From Candidatus Bathyarchaeota archaeon (GTDB lineage Archaea > Thermoproteota > Bathyarchaeia > Bathyarchaeales > Bathycorpusculaceae): a DNA stretch of 64,000 nt. This document shows positions 1-10,159 of this stretch, one piece after another (within the stretch, counting starts at the first letter, position 1; the number at the start of each line of letters is the position of its first letter). Below the pieces are notes generated by a model. The model was not told the DNA's origin, searched no databases, and saw nothing but the letters and a program-made list of their open reading frames with translations. Location of the stretch: positions 96,001 to 160,000 of the forward strand of contig CAWEPZ010000002.1 in NCBI GenBank assembly GCA_963811105.1, given 5' to 3'. The position numbers were made by a program, and so were the translations under genes.

Positions 1-57
1 TTGAGCGAAAAGGTGAAAAGGCACAAGTACTGTCTAATTTGCAAAGGAGACTTAGAA

Positions 58-261
58 ATGAGCGACGTAGATATGGCGACAATCCAACTTAAAGGTGTAA
101 AACAATCATTCATGTTGAGTGGAGAGAAGAATTTTAAGACTGGAAGCAAAGGTTTTCACGCCCAAGGAAAAATGCAGGTCGGCGATAAAAACTATCAAAT
201 AAACATTTTAGCTGTTGAAATTGGTTCGAAGCAAAAAGCGATGGAAGAGAAGAAAAAATAG
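58..261 (+). CDS. small hypothetical protein (67 aa, KxFxTGSxG..GK motif)
   Basis: ATG at 58 preceded by AAGGAGA; ORF closes at 261 and is followed by a T-rich tract. Confidence 0.7.
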   Translation: MSDVDMATIQLKGVKQSFMLSGEKNFKTGSKGFHAQGKMQVGDKNYQINILAVEIGSKQKAMEEKKK

Positions 262-302
262 CTTCTCCAAGTTTTTTCTTTTAAGACAATAAATAAAGAA
301 AA

Positions 303-1037
303 TTAGGATATTATTTTTGCGCTAATTATGGTTACTGGATTCACTGGTTGGCTGTTTTCGCCTGTATATGAATTTGTGGTCACTTGAGCAATAGAAATAG
401 CATATACAACGTTTTGTCCTGCGATAACTTGACCGAAAACTGTGTAGACGGAATCAAATTTTGTACCTTGAGCATCTATCGCATTGTTACCGTTGTCTGC
501 CACGTTTATGAAGAATTGGCTGGTTGCAGAGTTAGGGGCGCTAGTTTTTGCCATGGCTATTGTGTAGGCCACATTGCGGTTGTCCTTTCCTATCTCATCT
601 GATATAGATGGAACGGTCTGGGTAATTCCTCCGCCTTGAATCATGAAGCCAGCTATTACACGGTGGAAAATCGTGTTGTCATAATACCCTTTCTTAACTA
701 TGTTAATGAAGTTAGCAGTTGTAATCGGCTTATCATTTCTTAATTGTATTGTTATGTCGCCTGCACTGGTGTGCAAGAGAACTTTGGTTGAAGTGGCAGA
801 ATATTCACTATTACTGGTTGGAGTTGTTGTCGGTGTTGTAGTTGCAGATGAAGTTGGCGTTGGGGTTGGTGTAGCTGTTGGCGTGTTTGGCGGTTGACTA
901 CCTATTTGTCCTAACACTACATATCCACTGATAGCAACTATAACTATTATTGCTATTATGCCTATTGCAAGCCACAGATTTTTTTTAGATTTAGGCTTTG
1001 ACACTCTACTATTCTTATTAGGAGTCATGCCCTTCAA
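303..1037 (-). CDS. membrane-anchored cyclophilin-type peptidyl-prolyl isomerase
   Basis: FHRVIAGFMIQGGG, SATSQFFINV and YTVFGQV motifs; N-terminal TM helix and PT-rich linker; start may be ATG at 1028. Confidence 0.93.
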   Translation of the reverse strand: MKGMTPNKNSRVSKPKSKKNLWLAIGIIAIIVIVAISGYVVLGQIGSQPPNTPTATPTPTPTSSATTTPTTTPTSNSEYSATSTKVLLHTSAGDITIQLRNDKPITTANFINIVKKGYYDNTIFHRVIAGFMIQGGGITQTVPSISDEIGKDNRNVAYTIAMAKTSAPNSATSQFFINVADNGNNAIDAQGTKFDSVYTVFGQVIAGQNVVYAISIAQVTTNSYTGENSQPVNPVTIISAKIIS

Positions 1038-1107
1038 ACTAACATCTATTCATATAAAATTTTCTAAATTACACAGTTAATAACGCAATTGCGGATGGCA
1101 CCAGAAT

Positions 1108-1560
1108 TCAGCTAACTTGCGATGATTTCCGCCTGTTCTGAAGAAAACCTTCAACGGTGAAAACACCCAGCGCCAACCCAGTTATAGCCGTAAATAGAAG
1201 AAAGAAAACTTTGAATTCAAAAGTCTCATATGGAAAGTGAACAATTAAAACAAAGAGCTCAAGAATTAAAATTCCCAAGAAAACAAATGAGTAGCTCCAC
1301 ATCTTCGGTATCAAGTGGCGACCAACCCAAACATAGCCGCTTATGTGAGCCTTGTTTTTTGCAGTGTACTCGCCATACTCGTTTTTTTGCAGGTAGCCAA
1401 GGTCTTCAAGTTTCTGCAGGTGCCTATAAGCTACACTTGGACTGCTAAGGTTCGCAGCTTTCATAACGTCCCTGGGGCCGACCGGTTTGCCTTTCTTGAT
1501 AACCTGTAAGTACACGCTTAATGTGATTCCTTCCAGTTCCTCCATGTTGCCCCTTGTCAC
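1108..1560 (-). CDS. winged-HTH transcription regulator with two C-terminal TM helices
   Basis: VGPRDVMKAANLSSPSVAYRHLQKLEDLG HTH followed by two hydrophobic helices; divergent from the rnfD-like gene. Confidence 0.8.
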   Translation of the reverse strand: MTRGNMEELEGITLSVYLQVIKKGKPVGPRDVMKAANLSSPSVAYRHLQKLEDLGYLQKNEYGEYTAKNKAHISGYVWVGRHLIPKMWSYSFVFLGILILELFVLIVHFPYETFEFKVFFLLFTAITGLALGVFTVEGFLQNRRKSSQVS

Positions 1561-1820
1561 AGATTAAGCCTCACTGTAAAACGTTAATGTGCAATGTATG
1601 CGTATTAGTCTTACTCAAATTTTCATAGTTCTTAATTGAAATAAGTGTTCTGCAAATGACAAAATAAAAACATCATCGTTCTACCGTTAAGGTTGCAAAC
1701 AGGTTGTCCATTAGATAATTTCTCATTTTAAAATATATATCCTATAAGAGACTTTAGGAAAGTCTTATAAAAGTAATGCAGCTAAAATGAAAGCAAGAAA
1801 TATAGGAGATTAATGAAAGG

Positions 1821-3209
1821 ATGTCTAAACCAAAAGATTATTCATGGATGACTAAAGATAAACTAATGACTTACACCTTTATTGCACTTGTAATTCTTGC
1901 AGTCGTGACTGCTATTTTGTGGTCACCAGTAACTCCATTTGACCCAGTCTCCACCGCCACTACAAATTACATGAACTTAGGATTAACAGTTGCCATAAAC
2001 TGCATCATCGCCGTTGGAATTGCTGTAGGAATTGATGCGCTACTCTTCAAAGTAACATCAGACAGTCCATTGAACACAATGTCCGCTGCCGTCTTCGGCT
2101 TAATCGTAGCACTCTCGTACTCACTGGGTATTCCAGCAATGGCGTCAATTGAAGAATCAATGTTACCGCTGGTTGCCCCTCAATGCTTTCTTTACGTCGC
2201 ATTGATTGCACTCTTAGGCATGGTTGTATTCAAGAAAATTCAGGGCCTAGCTGGCAGAAAATTCCTTAACCCTGCTGCCGCAGCTAAACTACTTGTACTC
2301 ATACCATTCCTGTACGTTCTCTTTCTACCGAAAGACCATGCTGGTGATATTCCAACTCTTGCAACAAAACTTGACTATTCCGGCGCATCTTCGTTCGGAG
2401 CTTGGATGAGATTCTGCTTTAGCAATCCAAACGAAATACACACAATAACATCCGTCAACCTGAAAACTCCAAGTTTTACCGCAACTGATGTTTTCCAAGT
2501 CCTTTTCCTTGATAAGTTCCACGGCTGGACAGGCGGCGCTTCAGCTCTTGCAGTCATTATAGTGGGTGTTGCACTCTTTGTTATTGCCCGCAGATACATT
2601 AAATGGAGAATAACTGCAGCTTACATCGGTACAACCATAATAATGTCATTGATATTCTTCGCAATTTACGGTGGAGATCCGCTACTTCGACTCATGTTTG
2701 AACTCTTCATAGGCAGCTCAATATTCTTGGCGTTCTTCATGGCAACGGATCCAGCGTCAACGCCTCTAACATACATGGGACAAATAATATTTGGAGTTGG
2801 ACTAGCAATAATAACTGTACTGTTGCAAACTTATGCTAACTTCTTTGGAGGTTCACTCGTAGCATTGTTAATAATGAACCTAACCTCGCCGGCACTTGAC
2901 AGGGTTGGCAGAACAAAACCAACAACCGAAAGCAAAGAGCCCAAACTGCCCAAAGCCAAAGCATTTGCTCCTGAAAAAGTCAAAACCTACGAATGCATGA
3001 GATGCGGTGCATGCATGAGAGTCTGCTGCCACAAACTAAGCCCCATATTCATTAAGCAGGCATTTGATAAAATGGACGTCAACAGCATGGTTAATCTTAA
3101 CGCTGACTATTGCACAGGATGCGGACACTGCAGCTACGTTTGCCCCTCAAGAATCGACCTTAAAGGTGCGGTACTAAGATCAAAAGCGATGCTTCGCCAA
3201 CAAGAATAG
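1821..3209 (+). CDS. RnfD/NqrB-family membrane protein fused to a C-terminal 2x[4Fe-4S] (RnfC-like) domain
   Basis: FLNPAA and FFMATDPASTP motifs, many TM helices; C-terminal CMRCGACMRVCC and CTGCGHCSYVCPSRIDL. Confidence 0.85.
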   Translation: MSKPKDYSWMTKDKLMTYTFIALVILAVVTAILWSPVTPFDPVSTATTNYMNLGLTVAINCIIAVGIAVGIDALLFKVTSDSPLNTMSAAVFGLIVALSYSLGIPAMASIEESMLPLVAPQCFLYVALIALLGMVVFKKIQGLAGRKFLNPAAAAKLLVLIPFLYVLFLPKDHAGDIPTLATKLDYSGASSFGAWMRFCFSNPNEIHTITSVNLKTPSFTATDVFQVLFLDKFHGWTGGASALAVIIVGVALFVIARRYIKWRITAAYIGTTIIMSLIFFAIYGGDPLLRLMFELFIGSSIFLAFFMATDPASTPLTYMGQIIFGVGLAIITVLLQTYANFFGGSLVALLIMNLTSPALDRVGRTKPTTESKEPKLPKAKAFAPEKVKTYECMRCGACMRVCCHKLSPIFIKQAFDKMDVNSMVNLNADYCTGCGHCSYVCPSRIDLKGAVLRSKAMLRQQE

Positions 3210-3299
3210 AAGCATCAATTTTCCCCTAACTTTTCTTTCTTTTTTGAAAAAATAGAGTCAGAAGTATTACTTTTAGACCTAAATGAAAAAGAAAATTAC

Positions 3300-4610
3300 T
3301 TATCGATTTCTGAGATCATCGCTTTTTGAAGCGAATTCCCAAACGATGTTGCCTTTCCAAATATCGCCGAGTTTTGTAACTGTGATTTCTTTATCGGTAA
3401 TTTCGATGAGGCCTTTGTCTTTTAGTCTTTGAAGCTTTTCTGGAAAGACATCTTCTGGCAATTTTCCGAATTTCTGTTTAAATTCTACTTTGTCTACTGG
3501 CAATCTCAGGTAGAGCCTTGTCATTACTTTTCTCATCATATCTTCAATAGGTGATTCAGCAAGCCTAGCGATGGGTAATCTGCCTGCGTTAACAGCTGCC
3601 ATGTACTCGTTTATGTCCTCTATGTTTGAGTAGGAAAACCTTTCAAAGTAACCCATAAAGCATCCTGCGCCAGTGGTGAGCTGAGCTGCAAAAGGCCAAC
3701 CCATGAGGCATGATTCCTTAAAATGCCATGGTTCCCTTGAAAAACGATCGTGACCAACTGCTTTGTAACCTGCGTCTGTTAAAAGTCTGTAAGCGTTAAG
3801 ATACATTTGGGTCTCAAATTCTGAGTTTCCCGGTGCAGGCATTTTTCCTTCTTTTATTTGCCTCGCCAGCTGTGTCTCAGGATAAACCTCTAATGCATAG
3901 CAGTCAATTTCTACGTCTAATTCAATGGCTTTTTTGAGAGTGCTCATCCAACTCTCCATTGTTTGCCCTGGAAGATTATACATTAAATCGACGCATACAC
4001 AAACCCCAAGTTTTCGCGCTTTTTTAATCGCTGCAGCCAAATGCTCAGCTGAATCTGGCAAGCAAAGCTTTTTCCTAAGTTCATCGTCGAAGGTTTGTGC
4101 GCCCATGTCCATTTGAAAAACGCCGTAAGCTGCTAATTTATCAATTTTATTTGAGTCAAAGCTCTTGGATGACGCTGTTACTTTGATGAAGTACTCATCA
4201 CTTGTCATAAACCGCTTTTTACAAAAATCTACTAAATCAATTATTTGCTCAGCGCTAAGGATGCTGGGGGTTCCTCCGCCCAGAACTATTTCGTCAAATA
4301 CGCTGGTTTTAATGTATTTTGTTTTAGCGTACATTTCTAATTCTTTTTTAAGAGTTATTAAATACGGCTCTATGTGCGCTTTGCTTGTCGGTGTTGTGGG
4401 GAAATAACAAAAAGAACATTTTGAGTCGCATATGGATACCCACGGCTGCAATTCCATCAATTTGTTAGATGTGTTCTCTGTTGATAAAAACTCAATAAAT
4501 GCCTTGTACATTTCAGGCTTAATATCTGGATAGTCCCTGTAAGTGTAAGGTGGCCAGTTTGACCTTAAATCATAAACAGCTGGTTTCTTTTCAGGAGCCT
4601 GGTTTTTCAT
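3300..4610 (-). CDS. HemN-like (class C type) radical SAM protein
   Basis: CDSKCSFC, GGGTPS, DLMYNLPGQT motifs and a HemN_C-like C-terminal domain. Confidence 0.88.
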   Translation of the reverse strand: MKNQAPEKKPAVYDLRSNWPPYTYRDYPDIKPEMYKAFIEFLSTENTSNKLMELQPWVSICDSKCSFCYFPTTPTSKAHIEPYLITLKKELEMYAKTKYIKTSVFDEIVLGGGTPSILSAEQIIDLVDFCKKRFMTSDEYFIKVTASSKSFDSNKIDKLAAYGVFQMDMGAQTFDDELRKKLCLPDSAEHLAAAIKKARKLGVCVCVDLMYNLPGQTMESWMSTLKKAIELDVEIDCYALEVYPETQLARQIKEGKMPAPGNSEFETQMYLNAYRLLTDAGYKAVGHDRFSREPWHFKESCLMGWPFAAQLTTGAGCFMGYFERFSYSNIEDINEYMAAVNAGRLPIARLAESPIEDMMRKVMTRLYLRLPVDKVEFKQKFGKLPEDVFPEKLQRLKDKGLIEITDKEITVTKLGDIWKGNIVWEFASKSDDLRNR

Positions 4611-4709
4611 CGTTCGCTTTCCTCAAGGTTTACTTTTTAAAAGGTTGATAGCATAATAAAGTTTCTGTTAAAAATGCGTGAATTAAAGAAAAGCGTTTTT
4701 GACCTACAA

Positions 4710-6969
4710 TTAATGGGTAAACAACTTTATGCCCCGTTTTTTGATTCGAATTATCACTAATATAACTACTGCTAAAGCAACAAAACCCAACAACGTAGAT
4801 AGCAAAACTAAAATCGGTTGTGGAGTTAGATTTGGAACCTCATAATTTTGAACTGCTCCGACAGCGTAAATCATTCGGTCATATGAACCAACGTAGACAA
4901 CGCCATTCACAACCGCTGGAGAAGAAACAACTTTGTCACCAGTCAAATAACTCCAAACTAGGTTGCCGCTTGCTTGATTTACCGCGTAGAGGTTGCCGTC
5001 GTATGAACCTACAAAAACCATGCCGCCTGCAACCGCTGGGGAAGAAGCAACATCGCCCTTTGTTTGGTAACTCCACATGTAATTGCCAGTCAAAGCGTCG
5101 ATCGGCGTAAAGTTTCCCGTCATCGGACCCTACGTAGACAACGCCTTCAGCTATTGCTGGAGAAGAAGCCACAGCGCCACCAGTTTTATAATTCCATAAA
5201 CGTTTGCCATTAGTCTCGTTTAAGGCGTAAAGGTTGCCGTCATAGGACCCAAAATATACCTTGCCATCAGCAACGGCAGGCGAAGAACTCACCATGTCAA
5301 GCGTCGTAAAATTCCAAAGTATAGCCCCAGTTGATGCGTTTAAAGCATAGATGTTGCGATCTAAGGAGTCGATGAAAACTCTTCCATCTGCAACCGCAGG
5401 AGAAGAAGTAACAATCATATTGTCCGCAATAAAACTCCAAATTAGCTTGCCTGTTGAAGCATCTAAGGCGTAGGTTTGGTTGTCTTCTGAGCCAACATAG
5501 ATGATGCCGTCAGCCACGGTTGGCGAAGAAACCACTGCGTAGCCTGTTTGATAGCTCCATTTGAAGGCGCCGGTAACCGCATTCAAAGCGTAGATTTTTC
5601 CATCGTATGAGCCCACGTAGGCGGTGTCATTTGTTACAGCAGGTGAAGACAACATAATCATGTTGCCAGCCGTAAAACTCCAAATGACATTGTTGTGTAG
5701 CTCCCAATCGTAGCCAACCATGCCTGTAGAAGCGTTTAAGGCGTAAAGTTTGCCATCATGTGAACCCACATAAACCATCCCATAGGCAACGGTCGGGGAA
5801 GAATCAACTTTACCGCCACTTTCAAACTTCCATTCCAAATTGCCGTTAATGCGGTTTAGAGCGTAAAGTTGGCCATCCCAAGACCCTACATAGACCACGC
5901 CGTCAGCTACGGCTGGACGAGTTATTACCATATCGCCAGTCGCAAAACTCCATTGCAAGTCGCCTGTTTGAGTATTTAAAGCATAAATTTTGTTGCTGTA
6001 CGAACCCACATAAACCATGCCGTTGAAAATGGTTGGGGAGGAAGCGACGCCGTTGCCTGTATTGAACTGCCACTTGAGGCTACCCTCAGCTGAGCTTAGG
6101 GCGTAAACTTTTCCGTCGATGGACCCAACATAAACTACGCCGTCAATTACTGCCGGGGAAGAAAAAATTTCGTTACCAGTTGTGAAATTCCAAATTTCCC
6201 TGCCATTATTGGCGTTTAAAGCGTAAACTTTGTTGTCTAATGACCCAATGTAAACTATGCCGTTAGCGACTGTTGGAGTAGAAACAATATTGTCTCCCGT
6301 TGTGTAATTCCATATTTTATTGCCATTTAAAGCGTCTAAAGCGTAGATTGAATGGTCTAACGAGCCGCAATACAAGATGCCATCTGCTATGGCGGGTGAC
6401 GAAAGCATAATTTGTCCCCCTAGCGCGTAACTCCAGATGAGTTCGCCTGTCAAAGCATTTATTGCGTAGACATTCTTGTCTACAGAGCAAACGTATACTA
6501 TGCCATTTGAGACAATTGGGTCAGAATCTACATAGTAACCAGTCTTATAACTCCAAATTAGGCTGCCAGTTTCCGCGTTTAAAGCATATAATTTGTCATC
6601 TTCTGAACCCACATAAACCACACCGTCCGCAACAGCAGGACAAGAAACCACTCTGCCCCCAGTTGTGTATTTCCAGATTACAGCGCCATTTTTAGCGTTG
6701 AAAGCGTAGATTTTATTGTCATATGAACCCACGTAAACAACGCCGCCATTAACAGTGGGCGAACCCATTTGACCTCCAGTGCTGAATTTCCATAAAGTTT
6801 GGTTAGTGATTGGGGCGGAAGTGTCAGATGCGCCTGTATGTGTTAGGTCATGATGAAACATGGGCCAAGCCTCTTCAGTTGACTGTGCTGAGGAAATACT
6901 GTTCATTAAAAATAGAGGGGTCAAAAATAGCGTCATCAGCGCTAAAGTGAAAATTATTTTGTTTTTCAT
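4710..6969 (-). pseudogene. secreted, membrane-anchored PQQ-type beta-propeller protein (16 repeats) with a +1 frameshift at ~5103
   Basis: signal peptide, WPMFHHD, 16 repeats of SSPxVxxGxVYVGSxDxxxYALN across ORFs 4936..6969 and 4710..5123; removing base 5103 restores ...KLYAIDALTGNYMW and the C-terminal TM. Confidence 0.85.
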
Positions 6970-7109
6970 CTATTTTGCCCCTCTTGAATTAAGATAACAA
7001 CCAACATGTATGCCTATGGTCAATTGTGGGCTTAGCATAATAAAAATTTCTACTAACAGATGTTGATTTGATGTTTTTAATGAAAAGCTGAAAAATTTTG
7101 GAAAGGGAC

Positions 7110-8183
7110 TTATTTCTTGCGTAAGCTTTCAGGAATGTAAGCGCATGCTGGATCTTCACCGTAAATGTCGTTTGTGTATGCGTAAGCTCTGTTTCTGCAA
7201 CCGCCACATATTTCTCTGTATTCGCAGACCCCGCATTTTCCTTTCAGGACACTTCGGTCTCTGAAGCTCGTGAAGTAAGGTGATTTTTGCATTTCTTCCC
7301 ATGTTTGTTTGAGGCTCTTGTCTCTTATGTTTCCCAGCATCATTGCTTCCATAGGACGAAGGTCAGTGTAGAAGCATGGAATTAAGTTGCCGTTTTCCGT
7401 TACGCTGATATATCCACCAAAAGCGAAGTAGGTGCATTTGCCGTGATATTTGCGGTCGTACCATTCTTGGAAGTTAGGAATGTTCCTTTGTTTTACTACC
7501 CGTGCGTAATGTGGGCAATGCACGTGAATGTCAAAAACGCCTTCATACTTAACTGATAAATCCCATATGTGGTTTAATGCTTCCTCGTATTGTTCTGGGG
7601 TTGGAGTTAACTCCATTGTTTCCTTTGCTCTTCCGCTCGGAACCAAATGATTGAACCATACAAAATTGGCATGGTATTTTGCAGCTAACTCGCAAACATG
7701 ATCAAGATGATTATAATTAACAGACGTTATTGCAGCCGCTAAACCGTTAAGGATTTTTCCCGCTGATAATTTTTCGATGGCTGCTAACGCCTTTTGGTAT
7801 GAGCCTTTGCCTCTCAAAATATCGTTAACTTCTTCGGGCCCATCGATGCTAACCGATGTCCATACTTGATTTTTTACTAGATTATCGTAGATTGCCCCGT
7901 CAACAAAGCAGCCGTTTGTCAAAAGACACACGTTGAGACCTTTATTTTTTGCGTATGTGACTATTTCAAATATGTCTTTTCTAAGAAGCGGCTCTCCGCC
8001 TTTTAAGCCAAACCATCTTACCCCAAAATCATAGACCTGATCAACCAGACGTAGGGCTTCTTGTGTGGTCAATTCTTTTGGGGCATGCGCGTCTGTGGCG
8101 TTTACGTTACAGTATTTGCAGCGTGCGTTGCAGGCTCCAGTAGCCCTCCATGAAGTCATAAGTAATGGCCCTTTTTGTGCCAA
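7110..8183 (-). CDS. radical SAM/SPASM protein (AhbC/AhbD/NirJ-like)
   Basis: CNARCKYC, GGEPL; SPASM cysteines C...IPC...CGVCEYREICGGC...DPAC. Confidence 0.9.
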   Translation of the reverse strand: MAQKGPLLMTSWRATGACNARCKYCNVNATDAHAPKELTTQEALRLVDQVYDFGVRWFGLKGGEPLLRKDIFEIVTYAKNKGLNVCLLTNGCFVDGAIYDNLVKNQVWTSVSIDGPEEVNDILRGKGSYQKALAAIEKLSAGKILNGLAAAITSVNYNHLDHVCELAAKYHANFVWFNHLVPSGRAKETMELTPTPEQYEEALNHIWDLSVKYEGVFDIHVHCPHYARVVKQRNIPNFQEWYDRKYHGKCTYFAFGGYISVTENGNLIPCFYTDLRPMEAMMLGNIRDKSLKQTWEEMQKSPYFTSFRDRSVLKGKCGVCEYREICGGCRNRAYAYTNDIYGEDPACAYIPESLRKK

Positions 8184-8471
8184 CTAAAATGCACCTTTAC
8201 GCTCAAACATTTTGTCATACCTAGGATTTCGTAGTAAAAAAAGATTGTGCGCTAAGGACTTTAATTGCTCTTTTGGTTGTCCTTGGAAGAAAAGCAAGCG
8301 CCTCTTCTTGAAATTAAGCCAACAAAGATAGCTTTTAGTTATTCAACACAGCACCTTTTCCGTAAGGTTTATAGTGGATACAAAAACATACCAATAAGTT
8401 AGTCACGGGCTTAGCTAGCTCTAATTAGCAAAAATCGACGTGAAATTAGACGTGATCCGCTAAAGGAATGA

Positions 8472-10034
8472 GTGAATATCGTGTCAGCCGATTTAGTGTT
8501 GCTTGAGGGGAAAGTTTTAACAATGAATCCACTTGCGCCTCTTGCCGAAGCTGTAGCTGTGAAAGGTGACAGAATTATTCAAGTTGGTTCAATTGAAGCT
8601 GTGAGCAAAAAAATTGGAAAAAGAACAAAAATTATTCGTCTAAATGGCAAAACGGTTATTCCAGGCATAATTGATACACACATTCATCTCGCTGATTTTG
8701 GCAGAATCCTAACTTGGCTAAACCTTGAACAAGTATCATCCATCAAAACACTGCAGTATTCCCTAAGACAACGCATAAAACAGACTTCAAAAGGCAAATG
8801 GATTATTGGACGAGGCTTGGATCAAAAACATTTTGCAGAAAAACGTTTGCCGACTCGGTTTGATCTCGACATTGTTTCTTCTGCTAACCCTGTAGTTTTG
8901 TATCATAAATCCGGGCAAGTTTGCGTTATTAACAGCCGTGCATCCGAAATAGTTGACGTTGCTAAACAGTCAGCCTCTACTATTGAAAAAAACCAAAAGG
9001 GTGAATTTACGGGTATTCTGCGAAATGAAGCCACTAACTTAGTGTGGAACGCAATTCCAGCCCCTGATGTAGAGGAATTGACTGCTGGAGCACGAATAGC
9101 CTGCAAAAAAATAGTTGAAGCAGGAATAACCAGCATACACTGGATAATTCTATCTCCAGTTGAGCTTTCCATTATCCAGAAATTGAATCAACAAAACAAG
9201 TTACCACTTAGGATTAACGTTATATCGCCTGTAACTCTTCTTGATGAAATCTCAGCTTTGAAGGAAAACTTCAAGCAGGACTGGTTAAGGTTTGGCGGCT
9301 TTGTTATTTTTGCGGACGGCTACCTATCTGCCCGAACTGCAGCGTTATTTGAGCCTTACAATGATTACCCCACAGAACAAGGACGGCTGCTTTTTTCAAC
9401 AGAAGAAATGGTCAAGTTAGCATTGAAGATAAGCAAAGCAGGTTTTCAACTAATCATTCATGCAGTTGGCGACAAGGCGGTGGATGCCGCTTTAAGTGTT
9501 ATCGAACAAACCCAACGCTTAGAAGCGGGCAAGGCTTTGCGTCCTCGCATTGAGCAGGCTGCCCTGCTAAACCAAAAATTGCTGGAGCGAATAAAAAAGG
9601 AGCAAGTAGTCGTTTCCGTCCAGCCCCGCGTCGTAGCCTCAGAGTTTTCAGTTTGGTCAGCCCTAAGCCATTTAGGAACTGAGAGGGGAAGTTGGCTTTT
9701 TCCATTGAAAACTTTGGTTGAAGCTGGCATCCGGGTTATCGGGGGTTCTGATTGCCCCATGGAACCTCTAAATCCGATGCTTGGAATTCAAGATGCTGTT
9801 AACAGACAATTTTTTGCTAAGGAGCAGGTAAGCATTGAAGAAGCTTTACGAATGTATACGATTGATGCTGCTTATTCTAGCTTTGAAGAAGACGTTAAAG
9901 GCTCAATTGAAGTGGGCAAGTTAGCGGACATAACTGTTCTTACAGGCAACCCGAAAACTTCCCATCCTAACAAAATAGGCGATATTGCTGTTGAAATAAC
10001 CATTGTAGGCGGGCGAGTGATTCATTCAAAATAA
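8472..10034 (+). CDS. amidohydrolase family 3 (YtcJ-like)
   Basis: PGIIDTHIH, HAVGD, GSDCP and GSIEVGKLAD motifs. Confidence 0.9.
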   Translation: MNIVSADLVLLEGKVLTMNPLAPLAEAVAVKGDRIIQVGSIEAVSKKIGKRTKIIRLNGKTVIPGIIDTHIHLADFGRILTWLNLEQVSSIKTLQYSLRQRIKQTSKGKWIIGRGLDQKHFAEKRLPTRFDLDIVSSANPVVLYHKSGQVCVINSRASEIVDVAKQSASTIEKNQKGEFTGILRNEATNLVWNAIPAPDVEELTAGARIACKKIVEAGITSIHWIILSPVELSIIQKLNQQNKLPLRINVISPVTLLDEISALKENFKQDWLRFGGFVIFADGYLSARTAALFEPYNDYPTEQGRLLFSTEEMVKLALKISKAGFQLIIHAVGDKAVDAALSVIEQTQRLEAGKALRPRIEQAALLNQKLLERIKKEQVVVSVQPRVVASEFSVWSALSHLGTERGSWLFPLKTLVEAGIRVIGGSDCPMEPLNPMLGIQDAVNRQFFAKEQVSIEEALRMYTIDAAYSSFEEDVKGSIEVGKLADITVLTGNPKTSHPNKIGDIAVEITIVGGRVIHSK

Positions 10035-10159
10035 ATATAAGCTGGATGACTTGAAATTTTTATATGCCACTGCCAAAGTGGTTCAGAGCTGAGGCATTAA
10101 ATTTATAAACTCGCCCAAACGATAATACTCTTATAATATAAAATTAAAAGGGATAAAAA

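Noticed and set aside
1-57. N-terminal CLIC extension of the first ORF
   Set aside because: The RBS position favours ATG at 58, and the TTG at base 1 coincides with the window edge
4710-6800. Regular ~120-bp periodicity as a CRISPR array or DNA repeat
   Set aside because: Explained by degenerate 40-aa protein repeats; no identical direct repeats with spacers
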